From an uncultured Gallionellaceae bacterium (GTDB lineage: Bacteria; Pseudomonadota; Gammaproteobacteria; Burkholderiales; Gallionellaceae), in NCBI GenBank assembly GCA_964639585.1, contig CAZXDK010000005.1:5398-69397 (forward strand): a DNA stretch of 64,000 nucleotides. Reading direction: 5' to 3'. Below, one piece after another: positions 37,532 through 46,320 of this stretch. The translations under genes were made by a program, and so were the position numbers. Within the stretch, counting starts at the first letter, position 1; each line of letters starts with the position of its first letter. Below the pieces are notes generated by a model, which did not search any database, was not told the DNA's origin, and saw nothing but the letters and a program-made list of their open reading frames with translations.

Positions 37532-38611
37532 ATGCGTTCATGCAAGTTGTTTTCGACGATTCTGGTATCCATTGTTTTGGTCGGTTGTGGCGGCGGGAGC
37601 GGTGATTTGCCTGCAAAGCCAAAGTTCACCTCGCAAGTCTCATTCGGGGATAGCTTGAGCGATGTAGGTTCATACAAGGTCGGTTTGGTCGCCGCCTTGG
37701 GCGGCGGGCAGTTCACCATCAACGTGGCGGGCGCTACTACAAACTGGACGGAAATGACGGCGGCGCAGCTTGGGCTTCCCGCTCCCTGCGCCGCCCAGAC
37801 CGGCCTGGATAATAATTCAGGAGCCACACCAGGCGTGCCCTCCGGTACGGTGATTGCCGTGGTCAACAATGTCGTCTGTACGGGCTATGCGCAAGGCGGT
37901 GCGCGGGTGACTAATCCGGTCGGTGTGGGCAATAAATTTGTTCCGGTTGCGGCGGGCGCTTCTACCGGGTTTGCGCTGACGGTGCCTGTCGTGACGCAAA
38001 TCAGCAATCATCTGGCCGGGCACAGTGGCAGTTTCAGCGGCAGCGAAGTAGTCTTCGTCATGGCGGGCGCCAACGATGTGTTCATGCAAGCGGGCATGGT
38101 GAGCGCGGGACTGCCTGCTGCCAGTGCGGTTGCCGCCGTGCAAACCGCCGCCAGCGAATTGGCCACGGCCGTGCAAACGCAAATTGTAGGCAAGGGCGCG
38201 AAATACGTGGTGGTGATGAATGTGCCGGATATCGGTAGCACGCCGCAAGCCACTCCCGCCAGCAAGCCTTTGTATGACTCGCTGGTGTATGCCTTCAACA
38301 CGCAGTTGAAAGCCAGTCTGCCGGATAGCGCCTATGTGCTGAACGTGGACGCGTTTAGCGCGAGTCGCGATGAAGTGGCCAACCCCGCCAAGTATAACTT
38401 GACGAATGTGACGTCCACCGCATGCAATTTGACCTCGCCTGCACCCAATCCCTTGGCTTCTTCTCTGGCTTGTAACGCGGCTAATCTGAACGCCGGCGTG
38501 CAGCCCGGCGACCATTATTTGTTTGCGGATAAGGTACACCCCACGCCATATGGACATTCGCTGTTCGCGCTGTATGTGCTGCAAGCGATGACCAATAAAG
38601 GCTGGTATTAA
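37532..38611 (+). CDS. SGNH/GDSL family lipase/acylhydrolase lipoprotein
   Basis: Lipobox IVLVGCGG, GDSL block SFGDSLSDVGSY and C-terminal DKVHPTPYGH. Confidence 0.85.
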   Translation: MRSCKLFSTILVSIVLVGCGGGSGDLPAKPKFTSQVSFGDSLSDVGSYKVGLVAALGGGQFTINVAGATTNWTEMTAAQLGLPAPCAAQTGLDNNSGATPGVPSGTVIAVVNNVVCTGYAQGGARVTNPVGVGNKFVPVAAGASTGFALTVPVVTQISNHLAGHSGSFSGSEVVFVMAGANDVFMQAGMVSAGLPAASAVAAVQTAASELATAVQTQIVGKGAKYVVVMNVPDIGSTPQATPASKPLYDSLVYAFNTQLKASLPDSAYVLNVDAFSASRDEVANPAKYNLTNVTSTACNLTSPAPNPLASSLACNAANLNAGVQPGDHYLFADKVHPTPYGHSLFALYVLQAMTNKGWY

Positions 38612-38655
38612 TTCGATCGACGTCCTAATTAATTCGTAAACGAGGAGAAATCATA

Positions 38656-39861
38656 ATGTTCAAGCACACGATGTTAGGCTGGTCCGTTGCAAGTGCGTTG
38701 TTGCTCATGTCGGGAGGCGCGTCAGCCTCGGGATTTGCATTGATTGAGCAAAGCGCGAGCGGTTTGGGGAATGCTTTTGCGGGGGGCGCTGCCAGCGCAG
38801 AAGATGCCAGTACGGTATTTTTTAATCCGGCGGGGATGTCGCGTTTAAGCGGCAAGCAGTTAGTGCTGGCCGCACATGTGATCACCCCTTCCACAAAATT
38901 TTCCGGCACGGGTATTCCCGGTTCCAATATGGGGGGCGATGCGGGCGGTTCGGCAGTGGTGCCCAATGCTTATTTCACCGCCGAATTGTCGCCGAAACTG
39001 AATGCCGGATTGGGCGTGAGCGTGCCATTCGGTTTGCAGACCCAATATGACGCGGGTTGGGTGGGCAGGCATAACGCTATCAAGTCCAGGCTTGACACCA
39101 TCAATGTCAACCCTTCCATCGCGTACCGGGTGAGCGATGCTTTGAGCGTAGGCGCCGGAGTCGATTACCAGCGTATCAGCGGTGAATTAAGCAACTATGG
39201 AGGGGCGGTGCTAGGCACCTCGGTAGTGCAGGGCACCGATAATGCCTGGGGCTACAATCTGGGCGTGCTGTACCATCTGGACGCGAAAACCCGTGTGGGT
39301 GCGTCCTACCGTTCCGCCATCAGCTATACCCTGCGCGGCACCGTTGCAACCGATTTGCCTTTTGCCAACGGGCCGGTGTCGCTGGCAATCAAACTCCCGG
39401 ATTCCTCGTCTATCAGTATTTTTCACCAGATGAGCGACAGCTATGCGGTCATGGCCGATATTTCATGGATGGGGTGGAGTACGTTCAAGCAAGTCAATGT
39501 GTTGTCGGATTCCGGCGCTTCTATTTCCAACACGATAGAAAACTGGAAAAACACCATGCGCGTTTCGCTGGGGGCGACGCATCAGTACAGCTCGAACTGG
39601 AAGGCGCGCGCCGGGCTTGCCTATGACCAATCACCGGTCCCGGATGCGTTCCGAACCGCCCGAATTCCCGACAATGATCGCACCTGGCTGGCATTGGGCG
39701 GGCAATATAAATTAAATGCGGGCAGCTCGATTGATTTTGCTTATGCCCACCTTTTTGTGAGGGATTCCTCGGTTAGTTTGGCATTGCCTGCGCCAGCCTT
39801 GACCGGAACCTACGCCAACAAGGTTGACATTTTGAGCGCGCAATACACCCACGATTTTTAA
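38656..39861 (+). CDS. fadL: FadL/OMPP1 family long-chain fatty acid outer-membrane transporter
   Basis: Signal peptide followed by GFALIEQSASGLGNAFAGGAASAEDASTVFFNPAGM. C-terminal aromatic residue. Confidence 0.9.
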   Translation: MFKHTMLGWSVASALLLMSGGASASGFALIEQSASGLGNAFAGGAASAEDASTVFFNPAGMSRLSGKQLVLAAHVITPSTKFSGTGIPGSNMGGDAGGSAVVPNAYFTAELSPKLNAGLGVSVPFGLQTQYDAGWVGRHNAIKSRLDTINVNPSIAYRVSDALSVGAGVDYQRISGELSNYGGAVLGTSVVQGTDNAWGYNLGVLYHLDAKTRVGASYRSAISYTLRGTVATDLPFANGPVSLAIKLPDSSSISIFHQMSDSYAVMADISWMGWSTFKQVNVLSDSGASISNTIENWKNTMRVSLGATHQYSSNWKARAGLAYDQSPVPDAFRTARIPDNDRTWLALGGQYKLNAGSSIDFAYAHLFVRDSSVSLALPAPALTGTYANKVDILSAQYTHDF

Positions 39862-39877
39862 TCAAGGCGAGTGCCAG

Positions 39878-39902
39878 GGGAGGCTGAGCCTCCCTTTTTT
39901 TT
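39878..39902 (+). terminator. Rho-independent terminator after fadL
   Basis: Stem GGGAGGC, loop TGA, stem GCCTCCC, then TTTTTTTT. Confidence 0.8.
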
Positions 39903-39915
39903 ATGGGAGAAGTTC

Positions 39916-42537
39916 GTGCATAAAAATTTTGTGATCCGCAAAGTCGCCGTGCTGGGCGCGGGTGTGATGGGGGCGCAAATCGCCGCGCATCTGGTGAATG
40001 CCAATGTCGAGACGATGCTGTTTGAATTGCCCGCGCAAGAAGGCAGCCCTCACCCAGCCCCTCTCCCAGGGGGAGAGGGATCGATCGCCCTTTCCCCCTC
40101 TGGGGGAAAGTTGGATAGAGGGCAGAGCGTTGTGTCCTATGTTTCGTTAAACGGCAACGTGAACAAAGCGCTGGACGGCCTGAAAAAGCTGGAGCCGTCG
40201 CCCGTCTCCAGTCCGGCCAAAGTCACTTTCATCCAGCCCGCCAACTACGAACAGCATCTGGAAAAATTGCGCGAGTGCGACCTGGTGATTGAAGCCATCG
40301 CCGAGCGCATGGACTGGAAGTCCGACCTGTACCGCAAAGTCGCGCCGTTCCTCAATGAGCGCGCCATCTTTGCGACCAACACCTCCGGCCTTTCGATCAA
40401 CGAACTGGCGCAAGCCTTCCCCGACAATCTGCGCCACCGCTTCTGCGGCATCCACTTCTTCAACCCGCCGCGCTACATGCACCTGGTCGAATTGATCGCC
40501 TGCACCGGCACCGATGCCGCGCTGCTCGACCAACTGGAAACTTTCCTCGTCTCCACGCTGGGCAAAGGCGTGGTGCGCGCGAAGGACACGCCTAACTTCA
40601 TCGCCAACCGCATCGGCGTGTTTTCCATGCTCGCCACCAAGCACCATGCAGCCGCGTTCAACCTCGGCTTCGACACTGTGGATGCGCTCACCGGGCGTTA
40701 CCTCGGCCGCCCCAAGAGCGCCACCTTCCGCACGCTGGATGTGGTGGGATTGGATGTCTTCGCGCACGTGGTCAACACCATGCGCGAAAATCTCACCGAA
40801 GATCCGTGGCACCGGCATTTCGAACTGCCGAGCTGGTTCGGCTATCTGGTGGATCAGGGCGCGCTGGGGCAAAAAACCAAGCGCGGCATCTACCAGAAAA
40901 TCGGCAAAGAAATTCACGTACTCGATTTGCACACCAAGGAATATCGCCTGTCAGACGCCAAAGTGGACGACGAGGTCAAGGAAATTCTGCGCGAGCGCGA
41001 TTGGGGTATGAAGCTCTCCGGCCTGCGCCGCAACCCGCACCCGCAAGCGCAATTTCTGTGGGCGACTTTCCGCGACGTGTTCCACTACTGCGCGCTGCAA
41101 CTGGAACACATCGCCGACAACGCCCGCGATGTCGATCTCGCCGTGCGCTGGGGCTTCGGCTGGGACAATGGCCCGTTTGAAATCTGGCAAGCCGCAGGCT
41201 GGCAGCAAGTGGCTGGCTGGATCACCGCCGACATCGCCGCAGGCAAGTCCATGGCCAGCACGCCGCTGCCCGCATGGGCGACCGAAGAGGGTCGCACCGG
41301 AGTTCACACTGCGCACGGCAGTTATTCTCCTCTCCCGCAAGCGGGAGAGGGGGCGGGGGTGAGGGGTTATCAACAACGCTCCCAGCTCCCCGTCTACCGC
41401 CGCCAACTCTACCCCGACGCCCTCATCGGCGAAGACCGCCACTATGGCGAAACCGTGTTCGAGACCGCCGAAGTGCGTCTGTGGCACACGGGCGACAACA
41501 TCGCCATTTTGAGTTTTAAAACTAAAATGCACACCGTGAACAACGAGGTGCTGGACGGCGTTCTGCGCGCGGTGGACGAAGCCGAAGCGCATTTCAGCGC
41601 GCTTATCCTGTGGCAGACCGAGCCGCCGTTCTCCTACGGCGCCAACCTGCTGCAACTGATGCAGGGCGTGCACGAACCCGCGCAGGACACCGGTATGTTC
41701 GGCAAACTCAAACAGGCTGCGAACCGCGTCAAATATACCGTTGCGGGCGGCGGCGGCATAGTCTCCGTGTTCAACGCCGCCACCGGCAACGTGCCGCATG
41801 TCGAAGCCGTGGTTGCCAAATTCCAGCAAGCGTCGCAACGCCTCAAATACGCGCAAGTGCCCACCATCGCCGCAGTGGACGGCATGGCGCTCGGCGGCGG
41901 CTGCGAGTTTTCCATCCACTGCACGCGCATTGTCGCCACACTGGAAAGCTACATCGGTCTCGTCGAAGTCGGTGTCGGCGTATTGCCCGCCGGCGGCGGC
42001 TGCAAAGAAATGGCGCAACGCGCGGCACAAGAAGCGCAACGTTTTGCCAACGACAACCGCGTCGATGTGTTCCCCTTCCTGCGCCGCTACTTCCAGAACA
42101 TCGCCATGGGCGAAGTGGCCAAGAGCGCCGAAATGGCAAGAGAAATGGGCTACCTCAAACAGTCCGACCGCATCGTGCTGAATCGTTTTGAACTGCTGCA
42201 CATCGCCAAAGAAGAAGCCAAAGCCCTCAATGCCACTGCCTACCGCCCGCCTATGCACCAAAGCCAGATCGCCGTCGCCGGCCGCACCGGCATCGCCACC
42301 CTCAAAGCCGCGATGATCAACATGCGCGAAGGCGGCTTCATCTCCGAGCACGACTACAACATCGGCTGCCGTGTGGCCGAGACCTTATGCGGCGGCGATG
42401 TGGAAGCGGGTAGCTTGGTGGATGAAGATTGGCTGCTTGATCTGGAACGCAAGAACTTTATGGAACTGCTGGCGACGGAGAAGACGCAGGCGCGGATCGA
42501 ACACATGCTGAAGAACGGAAAGCCGTTGCGGAACTAG
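39916..42537 (+). CDS. Bifunctional 3-hydroxyacyl-CoA dehydrogenase / enoyl-CoA hydratase (FadB/FadN type)
   Basis: GTG at 39916 after GGGAGAAG and downstream of the terminator. Rossmann motif VAVLGAGVMGAQIAAHL, HFFNPPRYM, and a C-terminal crotonase-like region AAVDGMALGGGCEF. Contains two in-frame repeat insertions. Confidence 0.9.
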   Translation: MHKNFVIRKVAVLGAGVMGAQIAAHLVNANVETMLFELPAQEGSPHPAPLPGGEGSIALSPSGGKLDRGQSVVSYVSLNGNVNKALDGLKKLEPSPVSSPAKVTFIQPANYEQHLEKLRECDLVIEAIAERMDWKSDLYRKVAPFLNERAIFATNTSGLSINELAQAFPDNLRHRFCGIHFFNPPRYMHLVELIACTGTDAALLDQLETFLVSTLGKGVVRAKDTPNFIANRIGVFSMLATKHHAAAFNLGFDTVDALTGRYLGRPKSATFRTLDVVGLDVFAHVVNTMRENLTEDPWHRHFELPSWFGYLVDQGALGQKTKRGIYQKIGKEIHVLDLHTKEYRLSDAKVDDEVKEILRERDWGMKLSGLRRNPHPQAQFLWATFRDVFHYCALQLEHIADNARDVDLAVRWGFGWDNGPFEIWQAAGWQQVAGWITADIAAGKSMASTPLPAWATEEGRTGVHTAHGSYSPLPQAGEGAGVRGYQQRSQLPVYRRQLYPDALIGEDRHYGETVFETAEVRLWHTGDNIAILSFKTKMHTVNNEVLDGVLRAVDEAEAHFSALILWQTEPPFSYGANLLQLMQGVHEPAQDTGMFGKLKQAANRVKYTVAGGGGIVSVFNAATGNVPHVEAVVAKFQQASQRLKYAQVPTIAAVDGMALGGGCEFSIHCTRIVATLESYIGLVEVGVGVLPAGGGCKEMAQRAAQEAQRFANDNRVDVFPFLRRYFQNIAMGEVAKSAEMAREMGYLKQSDRIVLNRFELLHIAKEEAKALNATAYRPPMHQSQIAVAGRTGIATLKAAMINMREGGFISEHDYNIGCRVAETLCGGDVEAGSLVDEDWLLDLERKNFMELLATEKTQARIEHMLKNGKPLRN

Positions 42538-42551
42538 GGGCAAGGATTTTT

Positions 42552-42583
42552 GTAGGGTGGGCAGGTTTAATCTGCCCACGCGG
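42552..42583. repeat. Single REP unit of the GTAGGGTGGGCA family
   Basis: GTAGGGTGGGCAGGTTTAATCTGCCCACGCGG, located 15 nt after the fadB-type stop. Confidence 0.85.
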
Positions 42584-42692
42584 TTTCTCTGGAGTGATGG
42601 GAAATTTCAAAATTTCTGCGGATAGGTTATTTGCCGCTGCCACATGAAAAAAACTATCATTTTGCTACCGTTTTAATAGTAATGAGGATGCC

Positions 42693-42944
42693 ATGTCTGC
42701 ACTGTTGATTAAAGATTTCCCTCCCGAATTGCACAGCAAGCTCAAGGATGAAGCTGCGCGCAATCACCGTTCCATGACGCGGCAAGCCTTGGCTTTGCTG
42801 GAGCAGGCGCTGTCTTCCCCGACAAAGAATGCTGCCGAACTGCTACCAAAACCACTCAAGCTGGCCAAGCCGGTGACTGCAAGAAACGTCGTCGCCACCA
42901 TCCGTGAAGGACGCGATTCAGGCAAAAACAACATTCCAAAATGA
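42693..42944 (+). CDS. vapB: Ribbon-helix-helix (Arc/FitA-like) antitoxin
   Basis: MSALLIKDFPPELHSKLKDEAARNHRSMTRQALALLEQAL. 4-nt overlap with the PIN gene. Confidence 0.85.
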   Translation: MSALLIKDFPPELHSKLKDEAARNHRSMTRQALALLEQALSSPTKNAAELLPKPLKLAKPVTARNVVATIREGRDSGKNNIPK

Positions 42945-43345
42945 TCGTCGTTGACGCCAACATTCTGATTTACTCCCTGATCGAAGGCGACTACACGCCG
43001 CTTGTCCACAAGCTGCGGGAGAAAGATACGGATTGGCGCACCACCGGGTTATGCCTGCACGAAACAGTGAACGTGCTGGCGACCTACCAGCGGCGCGGCA
43101 TATTGACGCTCGCGCAATGCAGAAAATTACTGGCGCATGCCGAACTTTTCATGAAAGTGGCGCAATGCGAAGTGAAGTTGGACGCGGTGCTCGCTATGGC
43201 GGCGAAATACGCCATCACCGGCTACGACGCTCAGTACGTTGCACTGGCGCGCAGCCTGAACGCCCCACTGATTACCGAAGATCGCAAGCTCAGGGAAGCG
43301 GTGCCGGGAATTGCGTTTTCGATGCGGGAATTTTTGGCGCAGTGA
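42941..43345 (+). CDS. vapC: PIN-domain toxin VapC
   Basis: MIVVDANILIY...ITGYDAQYVALARSLNAPLITEDRKL. Confidence 0.88.
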   Translation: MIVVDANILIYSLIEGDYTPLVHKLREKDTDWRTTGLCLHETVNVLATYQRRGILTLAQCRKLLAHAELFMKVAQCEVKLDAVLAMAAKYAITGYDAQYVALARSLNAPLITEDRKLREAVPGIAFSMREFLAQ

Positions 43346-43444
43346 TGCTTGGCGCGGCGGCGTTACGAAACTGAGAGCGCGCTTGATTATTATCGGACTG
43401 GTCTATATGCTGGTCTATATGTGAATCTACATTGCGGGGGAATT

Positions 43445-43687
43445 ATGAAGATCGAGATCGGTTCTTATGAGGCAAAAACCAAACTGCCCGAGTTGCTGCG
43501 TCAGGTAAAAAGCGGCAAGAGTTTTACCATCACCAATCGGGGGGAATCTGTTGCCGATCTGGTGCCCAGCCAGAGCGCGAAAGCGAAGGATAAGGTTGCG
43601 GCGGCGGAAAAGCTCAAGGCATTCATGCGGGCTGCCCCGGTACGCGGCGTGAATATCAAGGAGTTGATTGACGAAGGACGCGCGTGA
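43445..43687 (+). CDS. Phd/YefM-type antitoxin
   Basis: ATG at 43445 inside ORF 43349..43687. Contains YEAKTKLPELLRQVKSGKSFTITNRGESVADLVP. Overlaps the next PIN gene by 4 nt. Confidence 0.82.
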   Translation: MKIEIGSYEAKTKLPELLRQVKSGKSFTITNRGESVADLVPSQSAKAKDKVAAAEKLKAFMRAAPVRGVNIKELIDEGRA

Positions 43688-44103
43688 ATTTTGTCCTCGA
43701 TAACTCGGTGACCATGCGCTGGTTCTTCGGCGACGGGAAGCCGCAGGAACTCAGCTATGCAGGGAAAGTGCTGGACGCGATGAAAACCGACAGTGCCATC
43801 GTGCCCGCAACCTGGGGGCTGGAAGTGGCCAACGTTATCGCCAAGGCGGAAGCGAAAGGCTGGGTGACCGAAGCGCGCAGTGAAGCATTTCTGGAGATGC
43901 TGGACGGTGTGGACATCGAAGTGGATGCGGCCACCTTCTCGCATGCCCTGTCCAATACCCTGCAACTTGCGCGGCGCTACAAACTGTCTGCTTACGATGC
44001 TTCCTATCTGGAGTTGTCGTTGAGACTGGGTCTGCCGCTGGCCACGCTCGACGAGGATTTGCAGAAAGCGGCGAAAAAGGCGGGTGTGAAAAAGTTTGCG
44101 TGA
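43684..44103 (+). CDS. vapC: PIN-domain toxin VapC (second pair)
   Basis: GTG start. VNFVLDNSV...LSAYDASYLELSLRLGLPLATLDEDL. Confidence 0.85.
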   Translation: MNFVLDNSVTMRWFFGDGKPQELSYAGKVLDAMKTDSAIVPATWGLEVANVIAKAEAKGWVTEARSEAFLEMLDGVDIEVDAATFSHALSNTLQLARRYKLSAYDASYLELSLRLGLPLATLDEDLQKAAKKAGVKKFA

Positions 44104-44164
44104 GCGGGGGGCTGAGCGCGGCGATGCTGCCCCCCTATCGTTGAAATTATGCGGAAGATATTTT

Positions 44165-45196
44165 ATGGCGGATAAGGATAGTTGGGAAAAACGGCTTTCA
44201 GATAATTCACTAACAATACTGGTGGTAATTATATTATTAGCCGTGGTTTCAGCTGCTTTTGTTATTGGTTTTTATGTGGTTTCTTTCAAGGGAATAGCTT
44301 CTGCCGCAACTTGGGGGCAGGTAGGCGATTTCTTTGGAGGAACATTAAATCCAATTTTTGGTTTTCTTTCTGTGATGGCCTTGCTGTTAGCTCTCGTAAT
44401 TCAAAGTAGATAACTGAAGGTTTCTTCCGAGGAGTTAGAGAAATCAGCGTTGGCACTTAATGAGCAGAATAAATTGATGGCACAACAGAGCTTTGAGCAA
44501 ACATTTTTTTCTTGGCTGGGAAACTATAGAGACATGCTTAATTCGATAAGTTGTGAGGTTGATGATCGAGAACTAAAAGGTCGACCTGCACTGACTCAGC
44601 TCTGGAAGAAATACTTGGAGAAAACTGTTGTGTCTCGGGATGCGGAGACTCGTTTAACGGAGTTTTCTAATGAAGAGCGGGAGGGGGATTCGTCGCCATT
44701 TGATGATAGGGATGAAAATGAAGCGTTGTTTGCTAATGATCCAAATATAAATACCGAAGTGAGCGATGCAAGGGTTTGTAAGCTTCTCGAAAAAGATAAA
44801 AATGCGACAGTTAAATTGAACTGGAGTGATTTATACAGGCGCAATGAATATCAGCTTGATAGTTTATTCAGAAATATTTATCAGTTAATTTTATGGATAG
44901 ATTCGCAAAACGATAATCGTATGATTCCAGCACAAAAATGGCTCTACATTAACATTGTAAAGGCACAACTTTCATGGATTGAGATGGTGTATTTGTTTTA
45001 TAACGGGTATACGGAAAGAGGAGAGAGCTTTAAGAAATTAGTAGAGAAATATGCATTATTCGACAACCTAAATTTTGATTCTGATCCTGTGATTAAACAT
45101 TTGAAGACCAATGCACCGAATGAGAATCGATATTCGGAAGCAGCCTATGATTCTCGTTTGGCTCGGAGGGCATTAGGTTTGCCGGAGTCGACGTAA
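44165..45196 (+). pseudogene. Putative phage abortive-infection protein (two-TM N-terminus, putAbiC-like) interrupted by an in-frame TAA at 44411..44413
   Basis: ORFs 44096..44413 and 44450..45196 are in the same frame. The read-through gives ...GDFFGGTLNPIFGFLSVMALLLALVIQSR*LKVSSEELEKSALALNEQNKLMAQQSFEQTFFSWL, which is contiguous with the family pattern as I recall it. The segment is AT-rich. Confidence 0.65.
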
Positions 45197-45257
45197 AACG
45201 CTCTGGCGATGGCTGTTGTTTAACAATGGGCGTACCACGTTTCTTTGAGGATATGAG

Positions 45258-45548
45258 ATGAATCGTTCAGCGACATTGCAGTTGCTTACGGAGCACAAGA
45301 AGGAGTTGGCGCAACGCTTCGGCGTAGCAAGCTTGGCCTTGTTCGGCTCTGTCGTGCGCGATGCAGCCAAAGAGGGCAGCGATGTGGATGTGCTGGTGGC
45401 CTTCGATGGCCCGGCGACTTCTGCGCGCTATTTCGGTGTGCAGTTTTATCTGGAAGATTTGCTGGGCATGCCTGTCGATCTGGTGACTGAGAAAGCCTTG
45501 CGACCAGAGTTGCGTCCTTTCATTGAAAAGGAGGCGGTGCATGTCTGA
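45258..45548 (+). CDS. mntA: MntA-type nucleotidyltransferase antitoxin
   Basis: LALFGSVVRDAAKEGSDVDVLVAF. Overlaps the downstream DUF86 gene. Confidence 0.88.
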   Translation: MNRSATLQLLTEHKKELAQRFGVASLALFGSVVRDAAKEGSDVDVLVAFDGPATSARYFGVQFYLEDLLGMPVDLVTEKALRPELRPFIEKEAVHV

Positions 45549-45882
45549 TGCTTCAACGCGCGAGTGGCGCTTCTATCTGGATGACATGATAGGTTTTGCC
45601 GAGAAGGTGGAGGTTTATACCGATGGCTTGAGCCAAGAGGTTTTTGTGGCGAGCGGCCTGAATTACGATGCTACGGTGCGCAATCTGGAATTGATAGGCG
45701 AAGCTGCGAGTAATGTGCCTGAAGATGTTCGTCAGCAATATCCGCAGATTCCTTGGCGGTTGGTGGTTGCTACTCGCAACAGGTTGATTCACGGCTATCT
45801 GGGGATAGACAACGATACCCTGTGGAGCATCATCCAGACCGATGTTCCGGCCTTGCTGGAGGAGTTGTACAAAATCAAGTGA
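45541..45882 (+). CDS. hepT: HepT (DUF86, HEPN-fold) toxin
   Basis: ATG at 45541. The RNRLIHGY motif matches the Rx4-6H HEPN signature. Contains ATVRNLELIGEAASNV. Confidence 0.88.
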   Translation: MSDASTREWRFYLDDMIGFAEKVEVYTDGLSQEVFVASGLNYDATVRNLELIGEAASNVPEDVRQQYPQIPWRLVVATRNRLIHGYLGIDNDTLWSIIQTDVPALLEELYKIK

Positions 45883-46214
45883 TGACGACACCACTTAACC
45901 CACAATCCGATTTCAACGAGATCACGCAACTGATCCACGCCGCGCGGCAGCGTGCGGTGCTAGCGGTGAATACGGCATTGATCGAGTTGTATTGGCAGGT
46001 GGGGCAGTTCATCAGCCGCAAGATTGCGCAGGAGGAATGGGGCGACGGGGTGGTGGCGCAATTGGCCGAACATCTGGCGCAGACTCAGCCTGGGTTGCGC
46101 GGTTTTACCCGAAGCAATCTATTTCGGATGCGGCAGTTTTACGAGGCTTATCAAGGAGATGAAAAAGTCTCACCGCTGGTGTCGCAAATGCAGTACGGCA
46201 TTTCGAGCGTTTGA
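45882..46214 (+). pseudogene. YhcG/DUF1016 N-terminal fragment (nuclease domain missing)
   Basis: LIHAARQRAVLAVNTALIELYWQVGQFISRKI...FTRSNLFRMRQFYEAY matches the DUF1016 N-terminal domain. It stops at ~110 aa, whereas full proteins are about three times longer (from memory). Confidence 0.65.
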
Positions 46215-46220
46215 TTTTCT

Positions 46221-46242
46221 TTCGCTATTCGCGAATAGCGAA
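46221..46242. promoter_or_regulatory. Perfect 22-bp palindrome upstream of the wHTH gene (candidate operator)
   Basis: TTCGCTATTCGCGAATAGCGAA equals its own reverse complement. It lies 79 bp upstream of the ATG at 46321. Confidence 0.45.
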
Positions 46243-46320
46243 TCTGATTGATTATAAAGTGATTGATCTGCATTGAATGGCTGTTGTATGCTATATGCAA
46301 ACAGCATATAAGGCGGCGAT

